A stretch of 64,000 nt of DNA from a virus (taxonomy: Duplodnaviria > Caudoviricetes): the IMG/VR virus record IMGVR_UViG_3300042997_000575, positions 1,993 through 65,992 of that record. One strand, written 5' to 3'. The notes beneath the pieces were generated by a model that saw nothing but the letters and a program-made list of their open reading frames with translations, was not told the DNA's origin and made no database searches. This document shows positions 1-8,548 of the stretch, piece after piece. Positions within the stretch are counted from its first letter, which is position 1, and each line of letters starts with the position of its first letter. The position numbers and the translations under genes were made by a program.

Positions 1-2
1 AT

Positions 3-2366
3 CCAACAGGGGTAGTTGCTTTCTCTTCAGCTACTAACTATTGTTATACTATATTAGGGGAGTCAGTTGCACCTGCAATTGATGAAGTTAACTCGCTTGT
101 GGATTCATGTTTTGAAATTCAATGCGAAAGTCCAGATATACCTTCTACTACAACTACAACTACTCTGCCTCCATACAATTATTATGCAGCAGAACCATGT
201 GGCGGTGGAGAAGTAATTAGTATTAGAACTACATCAACTATAACTTTAGGTAAAGTAGTTCAAATAGCAGGATTTTGTCATACAATAATTGCTATAACAG
301 GAGTTAATCCTAATGATTTAATTGATACAACTGAGTATATAGATTGTTTTGATTGCGGATATATTCCCCCATCAACTACAACTACTACTACTGAGGCTCC
401 ATATTATTACTTTAATGCAACAACATGTTATGATGGGACACCTGTTGTAGTTCAAAGTTTAACAAATTATGTTCTTGATACAGTTGCTTATTCATCATTT
501 ACAAATCTTTGTTACACAATAGGTTCAGCGGCTGTTGGCCCTGCAATTGATGAGGTCAACTCAACAGTTGATAATTGTTTTAATGTAATATGCGGTAGCC
601 CTTCCCCACCTACTACTACTACCACAACCACTGCTTCATTGCAATGGTATCAATTAACTAAATGTTCAGATAGTAGTATAGACTACTCAGCAGGTTATGC
701 AGCTGGATATGCTTCAATAAATTCTCGTGTTACTGACTTTGGCTCTAATCCTTGGATAGTTACTAATATATATTCTTCAGATCAAGGTGGATCAGGGTTA
801 TTTATATTTAACACTGGTTTTACAGGATGTCCTGAAATTACTACTACTACAAGTACGACTACTTTTCAACCTATTTGGTATGAGGTAACTAATTGTCAAG
901 ATGGCACTATACTTAATTCAATTAGTTATCCAGCTTTAACTTTTGATTTTGGTCAAAGAGTTACTATATCGGGTGTTAATTATGTAGTAACAGATTTTTA
1001 TGTAGCTAACCCTGGAGGAATTTTATATCCAATTGTTCAAACAGGATTGATAGGATGCCCTACTACAACGACTACAACGAGTGCTCCTACAACGACTACT
1101 ACAACTGTAGCTCCTGCGACAACTACAACAACACAAGCACCTGCTACTACAACTACTCAAGGGCCAACTACTACTACAACTAGTACAACAACTCTTCAGA
1201 CAGTTTGGTATCAACTTGCTCGTTGTTCTGATGGGGGAGTTGTTAATTCAATTGGATATACCATTGGTTCATTTAGTATTGGAAATAGGGTGACAATAAG
1301 TGGAATAACATATGTAATTATAGATTTCTTTACTAACAATCCGGGTGGAACTCAGTATACACTTACTTCTACAGGATTGACAGGATGTCCTCCTAACACT
1401 ACTACAACAACTACATGTAATCCTACTGCTAATTGGCAGTTTAATGGTAGTTACAATTGTTATGGAACATGTAATAAATATCAAGTAGAGCAGGATCAAA
1501 ACCCTTGTTCTCCAACATATAACCAAACTCGCCAAGGCTCAGTAGTAGAATTTAATTCTACATTCTGTGGAGGATGTTGTGGTCAATCTACAGCGGCAAA
1601 CTGGACTAATGAAGGTGGTGCATATTGCGACAACTGTGTATCTAAGCAATTACAACGTGATACTAATCCATGTAGTGGTTCATACAATCAAACTAGAGTT
1701 ATAAATAGCGGTACTGCATGTAACTACACAGCTAACTGGGTTAACTCAGGTTCTTACGATTGCTATGGTACATGTAATAAATATAACATTGAAGTAGATA
1801 ATAACCAATGTTCATCAACATATAACCAAACTAGACAAGGATCTTTAGTAGAAAGTAACTCTACATTCTGCGGAGGATGTTGCGGCCAAGGCACAGGAGC
1901 TAATTGGGTAGATAATGGAAGCACATTCTGTTCAGATTGTAATTTATATCAACCACAAATAGATAATAATCCTTGTTCGTTTACTTATGGAGACACAAGA
2001 AATGTAGACTTAGGTGTTAGCACAGCTTGCGGAACTTGGGTTCAATCTTTCTACTGTGTAGGATATGACAAGTGGTCTAAAGAAACTAATTCTTGTACAG
2101 GAAATATACGTAATGAATTTTTAGTAGAAGTTAATAGTGCTTATTGTGGATATGTTCCGCCTCCAACTTGTAGAACATACCAAATAGTAGGGGATAATGC
2201 AGATGAGTCTGTAAATGGAGTTTACACCAATTGTGCTGGAGGTAGTGATAGCTTCTCATTCTTTGGTGGACCAGGTACAGTAGGATATATATGTGCTCAA
2301 ATATCAACTGTTTATGTTACAAGTGGTAATGGATATGCTACAGATACAGGTAGTAGCTGTACGTAA
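3..2366 (+). CDS. Modular Thr-rich / Cys-rich virion (decoration or fibre) protein, 5'-truncated by the window
   Basis: Frame is open from base 3 (PTGVVAFSSATNYCYTILGESVAPAIDEVNSLVDSC...), so the GTG at 99 is not the true start. Repeated domains (three copies of WYxxxxCxDxxxxxS...TGxxGCP) are joined by poly-Thr linkers, followed by Cys-rich ANWxxxG...NPCSxxYxxTR repeats. Structural-gene context. Confidence 0.8.
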   Translation, partial: PTGVVAFSSATNYCYTILGESVAPAIDEVNSLVDSCFEIQCESPDIPSTTTTTTLPPYNYYAAEPCGGGEVISIRTTSTITLGKVVQIAGFCHTIIAITGVNPNDLIDTTEYIDCFDCGYIPPSTTTTTTEAPYYYFNATTCYDGTPVVVQSLTNYVLDTVAYSSFTNLCYTIGSAAVGPAIDEVNSTVDNCFNVICGSPSPPTTTTTTTASLQWYQLTKCSDSSIDYSAGYAAGYASINSRVTDFGSNPWIVTNIYSSDQGGSGLFIFNTGFTGCPEITTTTSTTTFQPIWYEVTNCQDGTILNSISYPALTFDFGQRVTISGVNYVVTDFYVANPGGILYPIVQTGLIGCPTTTTTTSAPTTTTTTVAPATTTTTQAPATTTTQGPTTTTTSTTTLQTVWYQLARCSDGGVVNSIGYTIGSFSIGNRVTISGITYVIIDFFTNNPGGTQYTLTSTGLTGCPPNTTTTTTCNPTANWQFNGSYNCYGTCNKYQVEQDQNPCSPTYNQTRQGSVVEFNSTFCGGCCGQSTAANWTNEGGAYCDNCVSKQLQRDTNPCSGSYNQTRVINSGTACNYTANWVNSGSYDCYGTCNKYNIEVDNNQCSSTYNQTRQGSLVESNSTFCGGCCGQGTGANWVDNGSTFCSDCNLYQPQIDNNPCSFTYGDTRNVDLGVSTACGTWVQSFYCVGYDKWSKETNSCTGNIRNEFLVEVNSAYCGYVPPPTCRTYQIVGDNADESVNGVYTNCAGGSDSFSFFGGPGTVGYICAQISTVYVTSGNGYATDTGSSCT

Positions 2367-2381
2367 TTAAAATTTAATGAA

Positions 2382-3314
2382 ATGAATTTAAGATTTGTGT
2401 GTGCACAACCTGCTATAATTTATTATGCATGGCAGGTAGAGGTTATGATAAATAACTTCATGAAGAATGGTATTAACCCAAATAACATTGATATAGTTTG
2501 CTCTAAGCCTGATGGCATTGTGCCTGAGGAGTGGAGCAAACTAGCTAATAAGTATGCAGCAAGATTCTTTTTTTACGATGACCTGCGTGCGACCAAAGGA
2601 TATATATCTTCTATACGTCCTAATATTTTAAAGCAACATTTTGCCAAATATCCCGAACTTGAAAAAGAAGCAATTTTTTATCATGATTGTGATATTGTTT
2701 TTACTAAACCCATTGATTGGATTTATCAATATCTAGATGGGAATGAGTGGTACGGATCAGATACCCGTTGGTATATTGCACATTCTTACATTGAATCAAA
2801 AGGCAGAGATGTAATTGAACAGATGTGTAAGATTGCTAACATTGATGAGCAACTTGTCAAAGACAATGAGATGAACTCCATCGGAGCTCAATACTTAATG
2901 AAGAATATAAACGCAAAGTATTGGGATGATGTCGAGCAACTATGCGAGAAACTATTTGTAGATATCACTCAATTAAATATTAAAAAGAAACAAGCAGACC
3001 CATCGCACCATGAGTTACAAATATGGTGTGCCGATATGTGGGCTGTATTGTGGGAAGCGTGGAAGCGTGGCTACAAAACTAATTGCGAGGATAATTTACA
3101 ATTTGGGTGGGCCACATCTGCCCCATCTGATTGGGAGAAATTCAATATATTCCATAATGCTGGAGTAACAAACTCAGGACATGGTAAATTTTATAAGGCT
3201 GAGTACATGAATAAGTTGCCTTATAATATTGCTCCCGAACCAAATAAAGAAACTGCTAGTTGGTACTATTGGAACGAAATACAAGAAACCGCTAAACACT
3301 CTTGCTTAATATAG
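2382..3314 (+). CDS. GT-A fold glycosyltransferase, resembles plant HPAT/SGT1-type protein O-glycosyltransferases
   Basis: DxD motif (YHDCDIVF), plus YYAWQ, YISSIRP and WCADMW motifs in the same order as recalled SGT1/HPAT motifs (YFDWQ, YPAINKP, DAD, WISEMY). Confidence 0.65.
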   Translation: MNLRFVCAQPAIIYYAWQVEVMINNFMKNGINPNNIDIVCSKPDGIVPEEWSKLANKYAARFFFYDDLRATKGYISSIRPNILKQHFAKYPELEKEAIFYHDCDIVFTKPIDWIYQYLDGNEWYGSDTRWYIAHSYIESKGRDVIEQMCKIANIDEQLVKDNEMNSIGAQYLMKNINAKYWDDVEQLCEKLFVDITQLNIKKKQADPSHHELQIWCADMWAVLWEAWKRGYKTNCEDNLQFGWATSAPSDWEKFNIFHNAGVTNSGHGKFYKAEYMNKLPYNIAPEPNKETASWYYWNEIQETAKHSCLI

Positions 3315-4307
3315 ATGATAAAAATAATAGAAGCTGATTGGGGTGGGCTTGATGTATCTTCAGTTGTCAGGGATAAATTTTTAATTAATAATAAAATTCA
3401 CCTATGTGCAACCAATGATTATTTTACCGATCCAAAACCATTTCATACAAAAGAACTTAAATTAGTTTTTGAATATAATGGGGAGGTTATTGAAGAAATA
3501 GTAAATGAAAATGCTACATTTGAATTTCCTTTCCCAAAATATAAAATAGATAATGCACTTATACTTACCTCATGTAACAGAGTTGAGCAAATATGTTTAG
3601 CCTTATCTGTAAATAGTAGAATAATTAACCATCCATTTACACTTATAGTTGTTGATAGTTCAACTCCTCATTTAGATGCTAATGGTGCAATTATGATGCA
3701 CAGGGGTGACGATCCATACAACTTAATTAATGACAAAAATTATAATCCAAATTGGAAACTTATAGAAGAGCATATTAAAACCTTGCCTAACATAAAAGAA
3801 TATAGGGTTATACATCAATCTCCTCGTCAAGAGAAACAAGTAGGGGAGGCTGAGCTGATGAGCCTAGGCATTACATCTGCATCAATGTTAGGATGCAAAT
3901 ATGGCATTAAACTTACCGGAGTATGTCACCTTAAACGGAACCCATTTGACGATAAACTAGGAGATGAATCTGTGTATACTTGGGAAAGAACAATGAGCGA
4001 ACAAAAGAGTACGAGAGTTGTAATGTTCCGACCAGAAGAATTTGGTTCTTTATTAGTGAATAAAGGATGGAAGGAGTGGGTATACACCTACGATTTTATT
4101 GAAAAAAAATTAGATAAAATAGTAAATAAATATTTACCGACTAATAAAATATCTCATTTTAATTTAAAAGAAAAAGATATTATAGTTGACGAAGGAGTAG
4201 GTAGGCATGACCATAGAGAAATCATAACTAATAATTTAATTAAACACAATCTATTAGATTGTAACGATAAATATATTCAATCATTTTTACAAGGAAACAT
4301 ATGGTAA
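3315..4307 (+). CDS. Putative glycosyltransferase-like protein with N-terminal DUF3395/lectin-like domain
   Basis: N-terminus IIEADWGGLDVS...NDYFTDPKPFHTKELKLVF resembles the A-x-YG...FGDPxPGxxKxL domain. It is followed by a GT-A-like start (LILTSCNR...LIVVDSS). Flanked by glycosyltransferase genes. Confidence 0.5.
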   Translation: MIKIIEADWGGLDVSSVVRDKFLINNKIHLCATNDYFTDPKPFHTKELKLVFEYNGEVIEEIVNENATFEFPFPKYKIDNALILTSCNRVEQICLALSVNSRIINHPFTLIVVDSSTPHLDANGAIMMHRGDDPYNLINDKNYNPNWKLIEEHIKTLPNIKEYRVIHQSPRQEKQVGEAELMSLGITSASMLGCKYGIKLTGVCHLKRNPFDDKLGDESVYTWERTMSEQKSTRVVMFRPEEFGSLLVNKGWKEWVYTYDFIEKKLDKIVNKYLPTNKISHFNLKEKDIIVDEGVGRHDHREIITNNLIKHNLLDCNDKYIQSFLQGNIW

Positions 4308-5104
4308 AGAAAGTAAGTTTTGTATGCACGACATACAGACGGTTTACATGCTTAAAAAGAATTTTAGCACAATTTAATGCCCAATCATACCCTAATAAAG
4401 AACTTATTATTTTTAATACAGATGAGGAATATCCATATGTATTAGAGTATCCACAAGATAATGTCATTGTTGTAAACAATGGTATTGATTATCAAACAGG
4501 TGAGCCATATTTAAATAGAGGTTTTATTTGTAGAGATGCAGTTACTCATGCTACAGGAGATTACTTTATGCTTGCAGATGACGATGACATATATTTGCCT
4601 TGGCATATTAAACAGGCAGTAGAAGGTATTGAAGAGATAGGCAAAGATGCTTGGAAACCTGAGCAATCTTTCTTTGCTACGCAAAACAAACTTGAGTTAA
4701 CTATGAATACCTTAGAAGCATCTGTCATCGTAAAGATGCCTCGCATAAGACAGATTGGGTTCCGTAGTGACATCACAGGATACGAAGGATTAAGTTGGTA
4801 TACTAAGTTAAGAGATGAGGGCAACTTAAACGAACACAATAAAAATTATGTCCCATCATATTGTTTTAATTGGGGAGACCCACATGAGGTAGCTGGCCAC
4901 AAGCAAAGCGGTAATATAAACTCTCCAACTAATTTTGATGAACATAAAGAAGCATCAAGAGACGTGGCAAATGCTCCATTGGTTGCATTATCTATTGAAG
5001 AATTAAGCAATGTGTATGCTAAATATTTTGAATGGCTTAAATCTAATCTTTCTGTTATAAATCAAGATTATTATAATAGATATGTTGTAGGTTATAATTT
5101 TTAG
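4301..5104 (+). CDS. Glycosyltransferase family 2
   Basis: VSFVCTTYRR...AQSYPNKELIIFN...ATGDYFMLADDDDIY is the classic GT2 pattern. Confidence 0.9.
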   Translation: MVKKVSFVCTTYRRFTCLKRILAQFNAQSYPNKELIIFNTDEEYPYVLEYPQDNVIVVNNGIDYQTGEPYLNRGFICRDAVTHATGDYFMLADDDDIYLPWHIKQAVEGIEEIGKDAWKPEQSFFATQNKLELTMNTLEASVIVKMPRIRQIGFRSDITGYEGLSWYTKLRDEGNLNEHNKNYVPSYCFNWGDPHEVAGHKQSGNINSPTNFDEHKEASRDVANAPLVALSIEELSNVYAKYFEWLKSNLSVINQDYYNRYVVGYNF

Positions 5105-5122
5105 ATTTAAATTTATAATATG

Positions 5123-5130
5123 TAAATTTG
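5123..5130 (+). promoter_or_regulatory. Bacteroidota sigma-A -7 box (TAAATTTG)
   Basis: Matches TAnnTTTG, intergenic, 19 nt before the ATG at 5150. Confidence 0.6.
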
Positions 5131-5149
5131 TAAACATATAGCTATTACT

Positions 5150-5893
5150 ATGCCTTCAATTAATTGTCCAAAATGTTATACTATTACCTATTCCCCAAAT
5201 CAAAATGGATGGACATCGTACCATTCATACGAGCCTGAGTGGATGGTGACAATGAATAACTTTCTTTATACTTTTAAAGATGGTAATTTATATAAGCACA
5301 ATAGCAATGAAACTAGAAATAGTTATTATGGGACTTTATACCCATCTAAGATAACAACCATATTTAACAACGAGCCATCTCAAACAAAGCAGTTTAAAAC
5401 AATTGCTACTAACTCAACTACTCCTTGGGAGACTGCTATTCTTTCTGATCAAGGAGCAGGATTTATAGATGCTGATTATTATGATTTAAAAGAAGGGACA
5501 TGGTATGCGTACATACGCAGACTTCCTGGTGATAATAATTTATCCATGATATCTGCCCAAGGAATTGGCAATGTGACTTCTTATGTAAGCAATATATTAA
5601 TATTTAATTTTCATGTAGGTAATATCATTAGTGATGGCGATATTTTATATTGGAGCAATAATGGCAATCTTGAATTAATAGGTAGTGTAATTTGGCATAC
5701 AGATAACTCAATATTTGTTAATCAAACAGGAAGCACTCCTCCTAACGGAGCATTTATATTATTTATTAAAAATAGTGTGGCTGAGTCAACTCCAACAAGA
5801 GGGACTTATTTGTCAGTAGAACTTACTAATAGTGATACTGAGTATACAGAAATGTATATGATAACATCTGATGTATTTAAATCATATCCTTAA
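5150..5893 (+). CDS. C-terminal fragment of tail stabilisation (muzzle) protein
   Basis: TITYS...GWTSYHSYEPEWM..MNNFLYTFKDGNLYKHN...RNSYYG...NNEPSQTKQFK matches the recalled C-terminal beta-propeller part of P22 gp10-like/crAss muzzle proteins. Confidence 0.7.
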   Translation: MPSINCPKCYTITYSPNQNGWTSYHSYEPEWMVTMNNFLYTFKDGNLYKHNSNETRNSYYGTLYPSKITTIFNNEPSQTKQFKTIATNSTTPWETAILSDQGAGFIDADYYDLKEGTWYAYIRRLPGDNNLSMISAQGIGNVTSYVSNILIFNFHVGNIISDGDILYWSNNGNLELIGSVIWHTDNSIFVNQTGSTPPNGAFILFIKNSVAESTPTRGTYLSVELTNSDTEYTEMYMITSDVFKSYP

Positions 5894-5899
5894 TATAAC

Positions 5900-5907
5900 T
5901 ATCTTTG
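5900..5907 (+). promoter_or_regulatory. Bacteroidota -7 box (TATCTTTG), probably leaderless transcript
   Basis: TAnnTTTG only 3 nt before the ATG at 5911. Confidence 0.6.
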
Positions 5908-5910
5908 TAA

Positions 5911-6318
5911 ATGGAATTTAATATTAGGTTGCTAAACGACAGCGACTATGATAATACGTTGGTGAAGTGGTGGGAAGATTGGGGATGGGTGGCTCCGCCA
6001 AAAGAATATCTTCCTGAAAATGGGTTAGGTGGATTTATGGTATCGAAAGGAGAGGTTGATATTTGTGCAGGATTTGCCTATTTTACTAACTCAAAACTTG
6101 CATGGTGTGAGTTTGTTATATCAAACTTTAACTATAGAGAAAAGGATAGATCAGATGCTATTGAATATTTAATTGATTCAATTAGTAATTCTTGCAAAGA
6201 AGCAGGATATTTATCTGTTTGGACATGTGTAGTAAATGAACATTTAATAACCAAGTATGAGAATTGCGGCTTTAATAAAGTAACTAGCAATTGTACAGAA
6301 ATGATAAAAGTTTTATAA
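5911..6318 (+). CDS. GNAT-family acetyltransferase-like protein
   Basis: 135 aa with GNAT-like topology ending in LITKYENCGF. Typical position just upstream of podovirus ejection proteins. Confidence 0.65.
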   Translation: MEFNIRLLNDSDYDNTLVKWWEDWGWVAPPKEYLPENGLGGFMVSKGEVDICAGFAYFTNSKLAWCEFVISNFNYREKDRSDAIEYLIDSISNSCKEAGYLSVWTCVVNEHLITKYENCGFNKVTSNCTEMIKVL

Positions 6319-6319
6319 T

Positions 6320-7096
6320 ATGGCAATAGCAACAGCAACGGCAATAAGTTTAGGTATAGCGGCAGCAGGATCCGGATATCAAATGATACAAGGAGCAAAT
6401 GCAAAGGCTCAAGCTAATCAAGCGGCATCAAATGCGGCTAATCAATTAGCACAATTAGCTGAGGCTGATAGATTTAAGTCGCTTCAAGTACCAACCCTTG
6501 GCTTAGGATTAGCACAACAAAATATACAAGCTAGACAAGCTCAACAACTGCAAGGACTCCAAGATATTGGAGCGGCAGGAGTTCTAGGCGGAACGACAGC
6601 ATTAAATGTTCAAGGACAAAGAGAAGACCTTGCATTAGCAGCTCAAGGGCAACAAGCTCAATATGAAAGAGATTTAGCTCAAGCAGAAAATGCTCAGAGA
6701 ATTGAGGCAAATAGAATTGCTCGTCAATCAGGGTTAGCACAATCAAGACTTCAAGGGGCTCAACTAGCTGCTTCTCAAGGGCAAGCAGAACAAAATGCAG
6801 GATTAGCAGGACTTGCTAGTACAGCAGGACAATTTGCTGTAGAGTCTTTTAAGAATCAGCCTTTATATGATCAAACTAAAGTTAATGTAGGAGCTCCAAG
6901 TACAAAGAATCAAGAGATGCTACAAATGCAAAATAATGTTGATCAAATGTACAACAGAGGACAAGGGCTTTTAAGAAATCCATTGCCTGTAGGGCTGAGT
7001 GCTATCCCAACTGGGAATCAATTTACACCTAGGATGCCACAAAATATTACCCCTTACCAATGGATGATGAGTGATTTAACTAGTGGAGAATTTTAA
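6320..7096 (+). CDS. Internal virion / ejection protein
   Basis: Hydrophobic Ala/Gly N-terminus, Ala/Gln-rich helical body, first of three ejection-type genes. Confidence 0.65.
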   Translation: MAIATATAISLGIAAAGSGYQMIQGANAKAQANQAASNAANQLAQLAEADRFKSLQVPTLGLGLAQQNIQARQAQQLQGLQDIGAAGVLGGTTALNVQGQREDLALAAQGQQAQYERDLAQAENAQRIEANRIARQSGLAQSRLQGAQLAASQGQAEQNAGLAGLASTAGQFAVESFKNQPLYDQTKVNVGAPSTKNQEMLQMQNNVDQMYNRGQGLLRNPLPVGLSAIPTGNQFTPRMPQNITPYQWMMSDLTSGEF

Positions 7097-7101
7097 AAAA
7101 T

Positions 7102-8544
7102 ATGGCAGAATACGCAGGATACATAGGGAATCAATATCCGCCAACAGATTGGTCTAAGATTGGTGCGAACTTATTAGGTCAAATTGACCAAGAGAAAGAA
7201 CGCCGTAAACTTGAGAAAGAAAAAATTGACAATGACTACGCAGATTCATTTGCTAAGATTGGCGATTACGAGCAAACTACGGACCAAGATGTAAACGAAT
7301 TTGTTTACAAAGGAGTTGATGAAGTAAGAAATGGTATCAAAACACAATATGACTTATTAAAACAAGGAGCCATTACTATGTCTGATTACAAATTGTATAA
7401 GACAACTGCTATGGCTGACTGGACTAATTTAAATAAAGCGGTTAAAAACTTTGGACAGGTAAATGCTAGTAATCAAAAACTGATTACCGAAGGTAAGATG
7501 TCAGGTCTTGGTCAATATAATGCTTTAAACTTTGCCAAACTTGGCGATTTAAAGCAAGCTAAAATTATGATAAATCCTTCCACGGGAAGGTTATATAGAA
7601 CTAATATTGATCCTAAAACAGGAAAGATCGCATCTCAAAATGATGTATATAGTCCAACGGCTATGCTTAACCCTGCTAACTTAGTTGACTTAAAAGTTAA
7701 CATTGACGACCAAGTTTCATCATTCTTAAAAAGACTTGGTGAGGTTGGGGTAGTTACAGATTTAGGTAATGGTAAAATAAAGTTAATTGAATCTGCTCAA
7801 AATAATCCAGCTTATAAAGAAGCTTTACAAGCACAGGCAAATGCATTAACTGCTACTGCTCGTTCAACAGCAAGTGTGTTGACTGATTATGTTGGAGGAT
7901 ATAAATTCTTTGAAACTGAGGCACAGAAAAGTGAACTAATGGCTTCAGGTGTACCTGCATCTAAATTAATTTCTGTAGAAAGAAAGAATGGTGTTGCCGA
8001 ACCTGTATTAACAGGTGCTCAAGAAGCAGAAGCAGAAGCTTATGTTAAAAATCAAATAGAGGTAGGTGTTGGGACTAAAGTTCAACAGACTCAAGGTTTT
8101 GCTCCACAGAGACCTGAAAGAACCCCTGCATATGAGGTTAAAGAAAATATGAGACTTGAAAAATTAGCTAATCAAGCAGGTATTGCAAATGATATATATC
8201 AAAATGGAAGAAATAGTGCTAGTATAAGAAGATTAAAAGATTCTGCATTAAAACAAGGTATAGATTCTCCACAGGTTACAGTCCATTTGGCTAGAGATTC
8301 TCGTAATAATGTAATTCCTGGAACTATTGATGTGACTGGATATGAAATGATTGTTACTGAAGGAGGTAAAAGGAAAAAGGGTAAAAAGATTACAAGGACT
8401 TTAACAAATCCAGAAGATGTAGCTGTCTTCATTTCAAATACCAAAGATGCTCTTAAAGCAGCTAGTGATTATCAAGAAGGGAATGATTATACAGGTGGAG
8501 GCACTCCGCAACCCCCTGCAACAAAAAAAGGATTATTAGATTAG
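7102..8544 (+). CDS. Internal virion / ejection protein
   Basis: 480 aa helical protein between the pilot-like gene and the giant virion gene. Confidence 0.55.
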   Translation: MAEYAGYIGNQYPPTDWSKIGANLLGQIDQEKERRKLEKEKIDNDYADSFAKIGDYEQTTDQDVNEFVYKGVDEVRNGIKTQYDLLKQGAITMSDYKLYKTTAMADWTNLNKAVKNFGQVNASNQKLITEGKMSGLGQYNALNFAKLGDLKQAKIMINPSTGRLYRTNIDPKTGKIASQNDVYSPTAMLNPANLVDLKVNIDDQVSSFLKRLGEVGVVTDLGNGKIKLIESAQNNPAYKEALQAQANALTATARSTASVLTDYVGGYKFFETEAQKSELMASGVPASKLISVERKNGVAEPVLTGAQEAEAEAYVKNQIEVGVGTKVQQTQGFAPQRPERTPAYEVKENMRLEKLANQAGIANDIYQNGRNSASIRRLKDSALKQGIDSPQVTVHLARDSRNNVIPGTIDVTGYEMIVTEGGKRKKGKKITRTLTNPEDVAVFISNTKDALKAASDYQEGNDYTGGGTPQPPATKKGLLD

Positions 8545-8548
8545 TTTT

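Noticed and set aside
2382-5104. GTs as DNA base-hypermodification enzymes
   Set aside because: No hydroxymethylase, TET/JBP or modified-nucleotide pathway seen, and the genes sit in structural modules. Considered less likely, not excluded.
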